Numbered from the stretch's first letter, positions 1 to 14,550 are shown. The stretch: 64,000 nucleotides of DNA from Eledone cirrhosa (GCA_964016885.1 OZ024743.1:280240001-280304000), one strand, 5' to 3'. Made by a program: numbers and translations. The notes: generated from the sequence alone by a model not told the origin.

Positions 1-46
1 ATTTATATATATATATATATATATATTTACATGTGTATGTGTGTAA

Positions 47-86
<40 letters not shown>

Positions 87-171
87 GGGGAGAGAGAGAG
101 ACATATATATTTATATGCGTGTTCGTGTGTTCCTGTGTACGTTTGCGTTTGTGTGTATGTATATGTGTATG

Positions 172-248
<77 letters not shown>

Positions 249-546
249 GTGTGTGTGTGTCTGTAGATATATGTATATTTGTGTAAGGCGAAACCGATAC
301 AAATATATTGAGAGAGTGGGGGGGAGTGTAGAGAGTGAGTGAGTGTATGAGTATGTGAGTGGCAAAGGGTGAGTGGAAGAAATACATAAAAAAGAGAGAG
401 AGAGATTAAGAGAGAGAGAGAGAATGATGTTGGTCGTGAGAAATCACAATAATACAATATCAAAGGGTTCTTCAAAGGAACATCAAAGACGTGAGAGCTG
501 GGAAGCCACCCAATCAGACGTTAGAGTCAGAATGATGGTCTGATTA

Positions 547-547
<1 letters not shown>

Positions 548-643
<96 letters not shown>

Positions 644-662
644 GGTGGTGGTGGTAGTGGTG

Positions 663-736
<74 letters not shown>

Positions 737-738
737 GC

Positions 739-782
<44 letters not shown>

Positions 783-815
783 CTAGTAGTAGTAGTAGGA
801 GGAGTGGTGGTGGTG

Positions 816-869
<54 letters not shown>

Positions 870-899
870 CTAGTAGTAGTAGTAGGAGGAGTGGTGGTG

Positions 900-961
<62 letters not shown>

Positions 962-973
962 GGTGGTAGTAGT

Positions 974-1034
<61 letters not shown>

Positions 1035-1073
1035 CGGTGGTAGTAGTAGTAGTAGTAATAGTAGTAGTAGTAT

Positions 1074-1112
<39 letters not shown>
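548..1112. repeat. (TAG)n/(TGG)n trinucleotide microsatellite
   Basis: Direct reading of long gta/gtg runs; explains the poly-Val ORFs. Confidence 0.95.
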
Positions 1113-1114
<2 letters not shown>

Positions 1115-1343
1115 AGTCGTCATGGTAAGATGGTGGTGCTGACGATTGTGTTGGGTGGTGGAGAAGAACTACCGTCGTCATAATTGTGATGATGATGATG
1201 GTGGGGGGGAGCTGCTGCTGTTGTTGCTGCTTGTAGTAGTGGTGATGTGGTCTATGACAAACGACAGCGCGAAAGGGAGATAAAGCTGGATGGAAATAAG
1301 GATATATATATCTTCGTGTGTGTGTGTGTGTGTGTGTGTGTAC

Positions 1344-1376
<33 letters not shown>

Positions 1377-1382
1377 ATATAC

Positions 1383-1520
1383 TGCATCCAGCCGTAGAAA
1401 ACCTGCCAGACAGTCCTATACGAGCAAGGCAACCAATCTTGCCTCAAGTGGGACAATTCCCGTCTAAACCCATGCTAGCGTGGAAGATAGACGTTATACG
1501 GTGATGATGATGATGATGAT
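1383..1520 (+). mobile_element. 3' stub of an RTE-type LINE or its partner SINE, with (GAT)n tail
   Basis: gcatccagccgtagaaa...cccatgctagcgtggaagatagacgttat + (gat)n. The same terminus occurs in reverse at 28741-28890, downstream of an RT fragment. Confidence 0.65.
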
Positions 1521-1530
1521 ATATATATAT

Positions 1531-1577
<47 letters not shown>

Positions 1578-2047
1578 TACAGAGAGAGGGGGGAGCTAGA
1601 AGGAAGACCGTGTTGTGTGAGATGGGATGTTAGAGATGTTTTAGCATGAGAGCCTTTGCTGGAATACGGTCTACCGATGGATGCTATAGCGTGGGAGATT
1701 CTAGAGAGAGTAGGGCAATCCAGCATATCTGGATAGAAGTTGAAGGAATTAGATCAACTAAATTCCCAGCGTTTCTACCAAATATTGGATGATGTTGATA
1801 GACACCAGGTTATATATATATGTGTGTGTGTGTGTCTGTGTGTGTGTGTGTGTGTAGAAAAGGGTAAACGGAAGCAACTAAGCAAACAATATAGTATAAT
1901 GAAGGAATATGTTAGTTTAACACTAGTCCTTCATCAATAGATAAAATGAGAAATAAAAGGTGAAATAGAAATAAATAAATATATATATATATAAATATTC
2001 GGTATACAAGGATGCAATTCACTTCTAGCACACATGAACCGAGGTTC

Positions 2048-2456
<409 letters not shown>

Positions 2457-3955
2457 TATATTAGTAATATCTTCTCTACCTTAGGTTTCGAATCATGCCC
2501 TGTACTGCACATAAAATGTTGTTATGTTCCAACTTGGGAATGCTTCTCATCAGGCGAGTGGAAACTCTCGATACTACTATATGTTGGGGGAGAGGGGGTG
2601 TGTGTGTGCGGGGGGGGGGGGGGTATAGTATGACCACAAAAACATTTCCGTTAGTGAAAATAACAAATCTTCAATTTTATCTATATAATCATTATCTGCA
2701 TCATCCAATATGTATCTTTCTGAAATATACATTATTCATAAATTTATGACGAAACAAAACTATATATATATAAATAAATGCTGGTTTTTGGTGTTACTGT
2801 TGGTGTTATTTTTAGTATAGTGTAGAGTCGAGTAGGTTGATCTGTCATTCCAGCTGTGTGAGAGACAAAGAAATAGAGAGTTGCGAGTGAGAGGGAGAAG
2901 GAGAAAGAGAATGAGAGTGTGTGAGAGAGAAGGGGGGGGGGGAGAACTAGGATAATATATAACGTCTCTAATTTTTCGATGGGTGGAAAATAGAAGCGGC
3001 ACCGGAAATGTGTATGAAGTAAGTAAACAAGTTGGCTTTGAAGATTTTTGTAGAACATGATGCACATCGTATACAAATGTAAGTCTATGTATGTATGTAT
3101 GTATGTATGTATGTATGTATGTATGTATGTATGTATGTATGTATTTATGTGTATGTGTGTGTGTGTGTGTGTGTATTCAAAAGAAGCGCACGCGCTAACT
3201 CACACATGTACACTAATATCTTTTCTTTCTCTCTATCTCTATCCCTATCTCTTTATATATATATATATATATATATATTACACTCGATAATCCATTGTAA
3301 CCAAAGGGTTTCATGACCTAGCAACCCTTTGCAAAAGTGCAAGCCGTGTTAGACATATCATCAGGGGAATGTGCAATTAAATGACCGGACTAGATTTAGC
3401 TCTAGGTCTCGAGGGAAAAAAATATCAGAAAATAAGAAATAACACGAAAGAATAGAAGTCATAAATTTGACATAAGTCCTATATAAAAATGTTTCCTTTG
3501 TAAAATAGTTGGGGAAAAAATACATTCATATAAAGCCAGTCGACATATCAGGTAGACGGTTAGGCAAGGGTTGTATAGTTGTAGTAATGATGTTACGGGT
3601 GATAGTGGTGCTTTTCGTGTGCTGGTAGTGGTTGTATTAGTGGTGGCATTGGAGTTCTTGGTGTATTGATTATGGTGGTGGTTTTGTTCTTAGCCCAGTA
3701 TTAGTGCCGGGGTGGTGACGGTGATAGTTGTGGTGATGCCGATATTCCTAGAGTAGTGGTGTTACTGCTGCTGCTGGTCATGTTTGTGGTAGGGATTGCC
3801 GTGATATACAGGGGTGTTATGTGATGGTGATAAGTTGAATGTGCTTCGGTTCATATAGCGTTAGACAATTACGAAAATATCGACCGTCACATGAAGTATC
3901 GCAAAGACTGAATGGATGCGAGAGAGGAGGAGAACAAAACAAAGACAGGGCGGAA

Positions 3956-3994
<39 letters not shown>

Positions 3995-4244
3995 AAAACA
4001 GAGTGGGAGGAGCAGAACACGTGAGATCCAATGGGATACAAATATATTCACGGTAGCATGATAATACGGATCGAGCTTATGTAATATATTTTCGAACCAC
4101 CATCCTATCTATCAATTTATCGATCAGGCATCCCATTTTATGTATGCCTGCCACCATATATATATATGCGTGTAAGTGTGTGTTAGTGTGCGTGCTAGTA
4201 TGTATACTTGTCTGGTACTATGTGAGTGTGTTTGAGCACTCACC

Positions 4245-4502
<258 letters not shown>

Positions 4503-4558
4503 GTATATATATATATATACATACATATATATAAATAAACACACACGCACACACGCAC

Positions 4559-4649
<91 letters not shown>

Positions 4650-4881
4650 TGTGTGTGTGTGTGTGTGCGTGTGTGTGTGTGTGTTTGTGCCGCCTTACTT
4701 TGATCTGCCAGTGGTGCGTTTATGTGTTTTGCGGTTTCAAGAGAGAGAGCCGAAGGCTTCTCTGGCAGCTATGACACTTTCCAATACATTTGATCTGTGC
4801 TTGTTTGGTATTGATGTATGATTCGATCAACAGCAACAACGCAATATTAAACCTTGCTGTCCTTTAAATATTCTACCCATA

Positions 4882-4983
<102 letters not shown>

Positions 4984-5174
4984 TGTGTGTGTGTGTGTGT
5001 ATGTGTGTGTGTGTGTGTATGTGTGTGTATGTGTATGCGTGTCTCTGTGTGTGCGTGTGTATGTGTTTGTATGTATGTAATGTATGTATATATGTATAGA
5101 AAGTGATAAAGTTTAGTAAAATGTAATGGGCTTAAAAACTTTAATATGGATACATGTGGCTTATATATCCTATC

Positions 5175-5492
5175 ATCCCGCCGAGGTTAACTTTGCCTTT
5201 CATCCTTACGGGGTCGATAAAATAAAGTACCAGTAATGTACTGGATAATTGCTGGCCTTGTGCCAAAAGTAGAAACAATTATTAGTATATTAGTATAAGG
5301 GCGGTGAATTGGCAGTAACGTTAGAGGGTTGGACGCCATGCTTTCTAGCATAGTTACGTCCCTTTACGGTCTGAGTTCAAATCCCGTCGAGGTTAACTTT
5401 GCCTTTCATCCTTATGGGGTCCATAAAATAAAGTACCAGTAATGTACTGGGTAATTGGTGGCCTTGTGCCAAAAGTAGAAACAATTATTAGT
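5175..5492 (+). mobile_element. Two tandem tRNA-derived SINE copies (first 5'-truncated), octopus OR/OK-like family
   Basis: Head ggcggtgaattggcagtaacgttag, B-box gagttcaaatccc, body gaggttaactttgcctttcatcc...ataaaataaagtaccag, tail ggccttgtgccaaaagtagaaacaattatta present twice. Confidence 0.8.
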
Positions 5493-5614
5493 ATATTTTC
5501 TGTAGTCAAAAATACGACGAATGGTACTAATTCAATTTTCAAATTCACCATCGTATTCTAATCACATACACACACACACACACACACACGCACACATACA
5601 CGCGCGCGTGTGTT

Positions 5615-5669
<55 letters not shown>

Positions 5670-6284
5670 TACATATATATAAATATATATATATATATAC
5701 TACATATACATATGCAAATACAGATGTTTATATCTGTGCATGGCACATGAAGCTGCCTTATCCAAGTGTAGCAGTAGTACCAAAGAATTATTACGAGTGT
5801 TGAAGTAGATGCAATCTCTGGCTATGGAGAGAGTGAACATTCTTACTGGCAGTAAGCATCCTGAACAAAAGAAAATATTCTTTTCCCCTTACTTGCATGC
5901 AAATCTCTTCAAAATACTGTCCTTTAAGCACATCCCCGTCCCAATTGACCATCGAATGTAATCGAACTAAACTTACCGTTTACTTTTATTTCTGCCCCTT
6001 ACACAGTCCTCTCCCTCAAACTCCGTCAAATCAACAATGCAAAGCACAGCTTCACTAACATAGAAATTAGCACTATATAATATACAGAATAAGAAGCCAC
6101 CCATCCACCCCATCATTCATTACATATCACGGCAAAGCATAATGTCAATACTGCCACCTACAAAACACATAACAATACAGAATGCGAAGCGTCCTTTCAT
6201 GCACCTCACTTACAAGCATGAGTGCCGCTGAAAGCAGTCGAAAGTATCACACCTTGAGAAAATAAAAGATAAAATGTAGCCCAA

Positions 6285-7445
6285 ATTAGTATATCAAAAT
6301 CAAACGGAACTGTCTATGAGTACACAGTTGGCGCTTTTCTATTCTAATGGGATTCCTGAAGAAAATTCATATCACGAAGTAGAAAGGTCATTTACCCCAA
6401 ATTTTAAAGAATATATTATTGGGAAAAGGAAACGCTTTTTCGCCGACTGCTTTATTTTTGGGAACAAAACAAAAGGCAAACTATAAACATTTCATGCTTT
6501 AAGCGGCCTCCATACGCGCATTCGATTCATGATAGAAAACAGTGAAAGGAACTATCATTTTGGAACATCCTCATTACATTATGCGACACACTAGAATTAC
6601 AATTAATACACTTTATAAACTAAAAAGAACATCAATATTTAAACTTTTCCTCATGCCCTACCTCAAAGACTAAACGGAACATTTTATACTGCATGGCAAG
6701 ATGAATATATGCAATAAGTGTTTGATCATGAATTATGACAATTTTGTCTTGATGAACTTAAAGGTCTTCTTAAACAACTAAAATACCATTTAAATTCAAT
6801 AGACAACGGCATTGAAAATGCAAAGGACTGATTATCTTTAAACTTTGAAGAAGATATTCTATTTGTCAGCACTTATGATCCAGGAATATCAAAGCTATTT
6901 GCCACCATTAAGCCAAAGTTACCAATCCCGTTCTAAATCACACAAATATAGGCTTTGTGATAGGAATCTCAATCATCAACAGTAAACGCCGACCAGAGAA
7001 CTTCAAAAAACATCAAACAAGGACAACATTTATATCAGAAAATAATTGCAAAATTCCCGTTAAAACTTGGAGATATAACTGGTGTGAAAAGCCTGAAAAA
7101 ATTAAACTGCAAAACAGAAAATCTAATATATTGTATAGTCTGTCTCGGCAACAACGACATTTTTTTGTCGGTCAGACCAGTAATTCTTTGTGTGATCTAC
7201 ACAAAGTACGGATAAGAAAAATAGACTAAGGAAAATCCCATTGGTTGAAAATTAAAAATATGCAAGAGCACGCAATTCAATGTATCCCCTTTTAATAGAT
7301 GTTCAAGTGATGTCTGACAGCTGCTATTTTAGCCATTCGAATGAATATGTAGTGGCTCGCTTCTTGGCTCTGGTAGAATTTCCCTTTTTGCAGGCCTAGA
7401 CTCTTCCGCTCGATGAGGTTATCTTTACTGAAATCTTATACATTC
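6285..7445 (+). pseudogene. Decayed Penelope-like element: RT plus GIY-YIG remnant
   Basis: Frameshifted translation gives MSTQLA..., MGFL(x)ENSY, KRFFADCFIF (W.RY.DD.F motif), LHTRIRFMIE, then INSKRRPENFK and FFVGQT (GIY-YIG YIGQT). Confidence 0.65.
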
Positions 7446-8299
7446 AATAGAACAATCACTTACATGATATGAGTAAACGTATTGAAATGAGAATATGTAG
7501 GGTTTTTTTATGTTCCCGTTATGATAATAGCTTCTGAAATGTTTTTTTTTTTATTAAAAGAGATCCATTGCGTATTTGTGAGTATCAAGAAACATAAAAG
7601 GGACATTTATCTTTGGTATTATTACATGATATGTCATACCTGAAATGTTTTAAAGTTTGGAACCGTGTAGGGCAATAAAATGGTGTTTGTTCTATGCTCC
7701 TTATCCATAAATATAGATATAAATTCTTGTGCATGGTTTTCTTTCCGTATCTTGAAAATTGATATCCTAGAGAAACTTATTTCTAGTAGCGAAGAATGTT
7801 TTTTTGTAAAACTACAATTTAGGATTCTTGTAATATTTTGAAATGTTTGGATGTAGTATTTCTTTTTAGTTAGACTTCTGGTGTTACCAGAACGCATCGT
7901 ATTTCTAGGATGTTGATAATTCCTCTTGAAGCATGTGGAACTATTTTACTGATTCCAACTGTCACCGGTAACTTTGAGATGAAATTTAATTAGGTTTCTA
8001 AACTAGTGCCTACAATATAAAACCTTTAGGCCTTACATTAACTTCTTACCTCTTCGTTACTTTTTTAATCTCAGCTACTGTTCGGTTGAAATTACTCTGC
8101 AAATAAACATGGAAGGAAAAGAGGAAGGGGTAGTTCCTATTTCAATCCATCTCATCTGGTAGGAAATAGATCTTCAAACCAGACGTGATCCAAATGCTAC
8201 TGACAAAATGGAATCCATTATAGATACCTAAAAGCCAAATGAGGTAATTCATCCGGTCAATGAATTACCTCTGCCACCAAGTAGGCCACAGCGTGGTAT

Positions 8300-8517
8300 G
8301 GACTCAGAACGCAAAGCGCCAGAGGCATCTCATCAGGCTCTCGAACAATTAATCCACGAATCCGCCGCCCTTGGATTGGTACTTCATTTTACCGACCCCG
8401 AGAGTATGAAAGGAATAGTTGATTTCGGCCGGATTTGAACGTAGATTAAAAAGGTTGAAACAAATATGTCGAAGCATGTTGTCATTCACTCTAGAGACTC
8501 AGCCAATTCGCCGCCTA
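8300..8517 (-). mobile_element. Two diverged tRNA-derived SINE copies
   Basis: Reverse complement gives ggcggcgaattggctgag...ttcaaatccggccgaaatcaactattcctttcat...ggggtcggtaaaatgaagtacc, the same family as 5300-5492. Confidence 0.65.
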
Positions 8518-9007
8518 TAATGTGCAAGTGTCATACAAAAACAGTCCCAAAGACAACTCGGCTTTTTTAATCTGTATTATTGAAATTAAGTTTAGTGATG
8601 TAAATTGTAGAGTAAATCCAGCCAATGTTCAATGTTTTTCTGTCAGAGTTTGAATCCATATAATTAAAACCCACCATTCTTTGAATATTTAAGAATAGTT
8701 AATTTGTAATGTACTGTGCTGTGCAGAATATTTGATACGATTCTTGTGCTGCATAACTGCACTGTTGTATAAAAATGTTTTAACCAGGCGTTGAATTTAA
8801 TTGAAAATAAATTTGAATTTATTAGACGCAAGACTCTAAATTGCGGAAGTCTGTAAATATTCTTGCTACACCTATACTCTCAATTCCACAACATCAGCTA
8901 TATATCAAAAATATATAATTAAGTCACAACATATCATTGCCTTGTTCGTATTGTTACCGTTCGCCAGTACATCCAGCCATACATACATACATGCATACAT
9001 GTATATA

Positions 9008-9612
9008 TGGTGGCTGCCAACTCGTTTTCGAGTACAGCCACTACTTTATATCCATGTAGGAGAACCCCTACCGATGCACTGAACGAGTGTGACTTTTTAG
9101 TCCAGCCAGCGACTTGACAACTCTGGTACAAACACTACACTTGTGACAATTATTGACACATAGTGCTGGGCCCATGGTACCATGTGTCGACAAGTGCAGA
9201 GAGATCTCCAGATACAAAGCAATGCCTGTGCCGTGAAGCTTTTATAGTGAGCAAAGGCACTGCACAAAGCCAGTCCCACTCCCTTAACCAAGATGATATT
9301 TACCAAGAAGAGGAACAAGTCAACATCATTGGATACCATCAGGGTTGCAGGTGTTATATCAGAGTTTTCCTTCTCCTAGAATTCAGCCTTGACAAAGGCT
9401 AAGGAGTCATCTTCCCCCGGTGATTTTGGATGGCCATTGACTCTTAAGAGCTCCTTTGCCCTTTGACAGGTTTTGTTTTTAGTCCTGCAGGATGTCCAAA
9501 GTCACCCTCCTCACCAAGAAACCTTGGTGGGGTTGCCAGTTTAGTCGCCAACGACCCGACCATGAGACAGGTTGTACTGGGATACATGTTACCAGTAGCA
9601 TCAACTGGTGAC
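9008..9612 (-). mobile_element. Bipartite non-autonomous RTE derivative (family A)
   Basis: Near-identical to 37760-38367. Has an RTE-like 5' UTR motif ggagaaggaaaactctgat; the 3' module encodes [23 protein letters not shown]; tail gtactcgaaaacgagttggcagccacc followed by (ATGT)-like repeats. Confidence 0.75.
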
Positions 9613-9619
9613 ATCACAT

Positions 9620-9756
9620 GCATACATACATGATGATGGCTGCCCCCTCGTTATCGAGTATGGCCATTGCACGAGGAGAAAGAAAAAAAAAAAATAATAA
9701 TAATAATAAATAAATAAAAATAAAATAAATAAATAAATAAATAAATAAAAAATAAG

Positions 9757-9787
<31 letters not shown>

Positions 9788-11270
9788 CACATATATACAC
9801 ACACACACACTCACATATACACACACACATACATTAATAACAATAATAATAATAATAATAATAACAACAATAATAATAACGACAACAACAATAATAATAT
9901 ACATATACATATATATATATACACACACACGCGCACACATAAGCATATCTACACACACACACACGATAGCAACTAACAGCGCTGCGATCGAATGTGGCTT
10001 TTTAGCCCAGCCAATGATCTAAAATGTCTTGCACAGAGTCGGCAACCAAAACATTCACTGGGAATAGTCGGCTGTGGTTGGAGTTCATATACTTTTGCAT
10101 GTCGCTTGAGCCCTCCTGCTGATTTACATTCTCTACCACATGTTTGGCAAGCATGATGAGTAGCATCTCCAACAGCAGCCTGGTAGTCAACCACTGGTCT
10201 TACTTTCTGACTGCGAAGATGACTTTCGAGTCCTGCTTTGCTTAGGCAGAGTCTCGCACATACGCTGCATGTCAGCACCATAGGAGGACCCTCGCCGTCT
10301 GGAAGTGCAACAGCAATGCCCTTCCTCACATCCCGCTTTACTTTCTCGTATGCGATTCGAGATGCCTCAAAGGCAACTTTTCCCTCATATACAGTCTTTC
10401 TCCATTTATTACGATCAGCAGCAATATTCTCCCATGTATCAGCAGAGATGTTAGCGTCTTTCAGAGAGGCTTTCAAGGAATCCTTATACCTCTTTTTTGG
10501 TTTATGTGGCGGTCGTTTTCCTTTAACCAACTCTCCATAAAAGAGTTGTTTTGGTATTCTACAATCCTTCATCCTGGCAAGGTGACCACTCCAACGGGGT
10601 CGTTGCTTAAGCACAAGAGCTTATATACTGTCACACATAGAGCTTTCCAAAATCTCGACATCACTGATGTGGTCCCTCCAGTGAACGCCATGGATCCGTC
10701 TGAGACACATCTGACGGAAACGCTCCAATTGCTTAAGGTGGTGTCGATATGTGACCCAGGTCTCGCAGGCATAAAGAAGACAAGAGAGCACACATGCCCT
10801 GTACACCTTTACCTTTGTCCTCCTGCATATATCTCGCCGACCCCAGAGTCGCCTTTCTAGCTTTCCGAAAGCATCACTTGCTTTCCTAATCCTAAGTGAG
10901 ATTTCACTGTCAAGGTTGCTGTATCGATTGACAGTGCTTCCCAGGTAGACAAACTGATCAACCACTCCAAGTCGTTTGCCATACACATAGATGTTTGGTT
11001 CAGTGTACTGCTTACCAGAGCCAGTTGGTACATGACGGCGGTTTTCTTGAGACTGACAGTCAGACCTAGGGCAGTGCAAGCGTCAGAAAATGTATTCAAA
11101 ATGTGCTGCATATCACTCTCTGTGTGCGCTACAAGATCGCAATCATCTGCATACAAGAGGTCTCTTATGATTGATGTAAATACTTTTGTCTTCGCAGCAA
11201 AGCGCCTGATGTTAAATATGCTGCCTGGGGTTCGATATCGGATGTAAACACCATGCTCGCAATTCCTGAA
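9620..11270 (-). mobile_element. 5'-truncated RTE/BovB-clade LINE (RT C-terminus plus three C2H2-like fingers), disrupted
   Basis: [56 protein letters not shown] across ORFs 10857-11609, 10621-11079 and 9973-10614 with frameshifts and stops. 3' tail ggccatactcgataacgagggggcagccatcatcatgtatg at 9620-9670. The 5' end abuts (TATG)n. Confidence 0.9.
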
Positions 11271-11814
11271 ATACATACATACATACATACATACATACAT
11301 ACATACATACATACATACATACATACATACATGCATACATACATACATACATACATACATACATACATACATACATACATACATACATACATACATACAT
11401 ACATACATACATACATACATACATACATACATACATACAAAGATGGACCAATTCACCGAGAAGTTTGTACAGACCATGGAGGAGATAAACCATATTAAAT
11501 GCCTGACATGGAGTTTCGACAAATTCATAATATTCCACCCTGAAGGATATTTTTCATGCAATCCAGAAACAAGAAATCCCCAGCATGTTCCTACTGCATA
11601 AAAGATCATCAGTTTACCATAAATGTAGGCTGTGCAAAATAAAAATTGAAGATGGTAGCACCTTGTGAAAGAATGTCTTCTCTTTATTACCTCCCCATGA
11701 GGTATGATGTGCTAGAACGATATAGAATACATTACGGTAGACGAAAATCAAATCAAATAGGGAAGAATATGTTGAGACTGATGGCTCAAAGTAATACTGG
11801 TGGGACCAGATGGA

Positions 11815-11932
11815 CCATAAAGGAACCAGGTGGACCATAACGCACCAGAATACTCAATACTTAGGGTAGTAGAGTGGGAAATATCCATCGAAACGGCTTG
11901 AGCTCTGCAGTCGGGGTCATACTTTTTCATAT
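11815..11932 (+). mobile_element. Short PLE-type insert (inverted tail plus partial hammerhead 3' half)
   Basis: Homologous to 26645-26876: ggtggaccataacgcaccagaatactcaatac joined to cgaaacggcttgagctctgcagtcggggtc, then (TA)n. Confidence 0.55.
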
Positions 11933-11940
11933 ATATATAT

Positions 11941-12391
<451 letters not shown>

Positions 12392-12585
12392 GTGTGTGCG
12401 TGTGTATAAATAGGGAGACACAAAGCAGGCTTTGTTTAGAAACGGCTAGCGAATTTAAAAATTAGGTAGTAACATGTGCTTACGCCGTATTTGACTAAAT
12501 AGAATTAATCTGTTAGTAGGAATTTTTAAAAAAAACCTCTGAATGGAAAAAATATATCATTTATTTATGTTCATACACAGAACAA

Positions 12586-12674
12586 AACCGCTACCTAAGG
12601 TTTCAAGGCACAATATTGACCATATCTCCAGATTGCAAGAAGGATCAAAATTGTGACCCAGTCTTCAGGTGCTT
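12586..12674 (-). ncRNA. Hammerhead ribozyme motif (type I, long helix II) downstream of the PLE endonuclease
   Basis: Minus strand: ctgaaga, helix II gggtcacaattttgatc/ggtcaatattgtgcctt, gaaa, cc tta gg, ta. Helix I is degenerate. Confidence 0.55.
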
Positions 12675-12974
12675 ATACGAGTTTATAAGATACCGTTAAA
12701 AATAATGCATGCTAAAAAGTTAGTTTTCGAATAATGTATTATAATAAAGGGACATCACTCCAATATGTAAATTTGAAACACCGAAATCGTACACCCATTA
12801 ATATCCATGGGCTATAGCAGATGTATGGTATTATGTGGTGGTATGTAACATAGAGATCGCAATATTTATTAAGGCATGGAGTACTGTATTATGTAAGTGT
12901 GGAAAAAGAAAGAGCAAGAAAATATATTGCAAATTAAGGTGGTCGGGAATCAGTCGAATTTCGTTGAGTATTTC

Positions 12975-13395
12975 AACTTAGCAAGCAGTTGGCTTTGAGA
13001 CCGAGACATCGTCTAAAAATTTCGCTTGAGTTCAAATTATTGTTCTGAGACGATAAACCTTGTAATATTCTAAATTTCTAACTAAGATAGAGATGACATC
13101 TCTTGGTACAATTGTTGTAAGGACTGGATCTTTCAAGTATCTTCCAAGTAATCTTATGTGGGACTCCTTTCTCTTTTAATTGCCATACTTTGTTTTGCCA
13201 AGGCGGAATTGGTTCTCATATAAGGATTCCTGGAGGCGTGGAGATGCGAATAAAAACATTGTTTAAACGATCTTGCACCATACCGACGTATCTTTCGCTA
13301 ACTTCAGAATTGTATGTAGTGTTGTGTGTAATCTCTGCCTCATACACAACGGATTTGATAAGAGAACCCGAAACAGCCCTGGCTCATAGTTGCGG
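12975..13395 (-). pseudogene. Penelope-like element GIY-YIG endonuclease remnant
   Basis: Minus-strand translation with frameshifts: LIKSVVYEAEI...RYVGM...NSALAK.VWQLKEKGVPHKITWKILERSSPYNNCTKRCHLYL, matching the PLE consensus SVVY..YIG..LSKHIW.LK..W.IL....Y...KRC.LCL. Confidence 0.8.
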
Positions 13396-13807
13396 ACCAA
13401 ATCACTCAGCCATGTCTACATCCACACCCACATAGATATCCAACCACAGACACACTCACACACGCACACACACTCACCCATACTCACACACACACATACA
13501 TACACACACATACGCACGCACACACACACACACAGAGACAAAGTATACCAAATATACTCAGAGTACACACTCACAAAGTAAACCAGCTAGCAATTATAAC
13601 TATTAAAAGTGCTCTCATTGTGATTCTTCAATGTATTATTCATGTGTCGTCTGCCTCATTTGCATTTTGTATTGACTTGAAAATATAGCATAGGATGAGA
13701 AGGTGGAAGCCTGGGCGTGAGGAAGCGTTGAGATATAGAAGAAGCTAGTGTCGATGGTGATAGATGGAGAGATAGAGAGGAAAAAGAAAGAAGTAAAGAA
13801 GCAAGGA

Positions 13808-13873
<66 letters not shown>

Positions 13874-13878
13874 AAGAG

Positions 13879-13944
<66 letters not shown>

Positions 13945-14111
13945 TGAGAGATAAAACTTAATATGAGAAAGTGAAGCTGGACGAAACAGCAAGTGATCGA
14001 AGAGCAAGAGAGGGCAAGAGGGTGAGAGAAAAAGAGAAAGAACTAACTATGGTCGAGTGATAGATAGCTAGATAGAAAGTGAGAGAAAGGCGGACAGGCA
14101 GAATCAAACAC

Positions 14112-14112
<1 letters not shown>

Positions 14113-14197
<85 letters not shown>

Positions 14198-14357
14198 TTC
14201 TTTATTAGCCACAAGGGCGCAACAAGAAGATAGATAGATAGATAGGTTTGTTGGTTGAAAGATATATAGATATCCTTCTTTATTTGCCACAAGGGCGTAC
14301 ACAAATTAGGATAGATAGATAGATAGATAGATTTCTTAGATAGATAGATAGACAGAC

Positions 14358-14405
<48 letters not shown>

Positions 14406-14500
14406 TTCTTTATTTGCCACAAGGGCGCACAAGATAAAGGGACAAAACAAAGACACATGCCGGGGATTTTACATACAGTCGTGTAAAAATATTGATAGAG

Positions 14501-14550
<50 letters not shown>
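14113..14550 (-). mobile_element. (TAGA)n array with three short LINE 3'-end stubs
   Basis: Three copies (14197, 14276, 14405) that read gcccttgtggc(t/a)aataaagaa on the minus strand: an AATAAA followed by a (TCTA)n-type tail. Confidence 0.6.

Noticed and set aside
3549-3580. ggttgtatagtt, and tgaggtagt in the 49231 repeat, resemble parts of let-7
   Set aside because: Only partial matches at separate places, with no precursor hairpin.
7634-7897. 87-aa non-repetitive ORF
   Set aside because: No motif I recognise; possibly a decayed transposon, but unsupported.
8241-8271. Perfect 12-bp hairpin gaggtaattcat/atgaattacctc
   Set aside because: Isolated and short, next to SINE debris, with no functional motif.
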